Origin: the human T2T-CHM13v2.0 reference genome, Homo sapiens | Assembly (NCBI RefSeq): GCF_009914755.1 | Contig: NC_060927.1 | Length of the DNA stretch: 64,000 nt | Reading direction: 5' to 3' (one strand) | Shown here: positions 63,175-64,000 of the stretch, piece after piece | How the letters are laid out: every line of letters starts with the position of its first letter | How positions within the stretch are numbered: the first letter of the stretch is position 1 | The notes under the pieces: model-generated | The model's database searches: none | Told to the model about the DNA's origin: nothing | The model's input: only the letters and a program-made list of their open reading frames with translations | Program-made: the position numbers and the translations under genes

Positions 63175-64000
63175 CAGTTAAAGCTATTTTAGTCTCCTAT
63201 TTTTCCTGATTAATCTCATCAGGGATTTATCAATTTTTAAATTCTTTTCGATATACCAACTTTTGGGCTTATTGACCAAAAAACTGTTTATTTTCTCTTG
63301 TTAATTTTCTAATCATTAATTTTTGCTCTTGAGAATTCTTTGCTTTCCACTGTTTTTCTGGCTATTCTTGGATGTTTATTTTTCTATATGAATTCTAAGT
63401 TGAACTTTTCTAGCTCTGTAGACATGATCATTGGAATTTTTTGGGGATTACATTAAATTTGTGAATTGAAACCTGGTACCTTGATGAAGTTGAGAACGGC
63501 TAGCCAATGAGAAGGAGTGTCTTTCTGTTTGTTCCAGTTTGCTTCTGTTTGTTTCAGGGATGTTTTACAGTATTTCTATAAAATTAGGTTTTGACCTTTT
63601 TTTTGTTTATTCCTAAATGTTTTATTTTTAAATTGTCGTTGCAAATGGGATTTTGTCATTTGTTATATTTACTTACTGGTTATTTGTGCAGATAGATGCT
63701 ATTGATTTTTATATATTAATTTTATATTTTGCTAAGCTTGCTGAATTCTTTTATGGTTTGGGTCAATGTTATCAATTTTTCCCCCTCTGGGATTTTCTAA
63801 GTGTACTATCTGCAAATAAAAATTGTTTTATTTCCATTTCTTATGCATCTTATTGTTTTATCTTGTCTAGTTGAATTGGCTAGTACCTTGAGAATAATGT
63901 ATTTGGATATTTTTAACTTTATTTTGAGATAGTTGTGGATTCACATGCAGGTAGATGAAATAATATGGAGAGATCCTATACACTCTTTGTCCTGTTTCCC

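Overview
Human-like (primate) genomic DNA, AT-rich and repeat-dense. It carries the first two coding exons of RSRC1 (SRrp53, an Arg/Ser-rich splicing regulator) on the + strand: the ATG exon at 6852-7047 and a 126-nt exon at 8615-8740. A very long intron follows (>55 kb, running past the window end). Almost all other ORFs in the supplied track are Alu, L1, Tigger or low-complexity artefacts. Repeats include about 25 Alus, two large primate L1PA insertions with TSDs (one 5'-inverted with a large internal deletion), old L1M blocks, a full-length Tigger1, a Charlie1a-like hAT element, MITEs and solo LTRs. I see no prokaryote-style novel system (no CRISPR, operon or unknown intact gene). The best leads are: (1) a back-splicing architecture around exons 2-3, whose 322-nt circle would encode a 115-aa RS peptide with a unique C-terminus; (2) a candidate recursive-splice site plus poison exon at 21.3-21.6 kb; (3) a 186-bp, 99%-identical local duplication bracketing the start-codon exon, plus two other templated copies; (4) a MADE1-armed AT-rich inverted repeat; (5) repeat-free, homeobox-motif-rich blocks that may be long-range enhancers. 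Repeat subfamily names come from recalled consensus sequences, and repeat boundaries are approximate.
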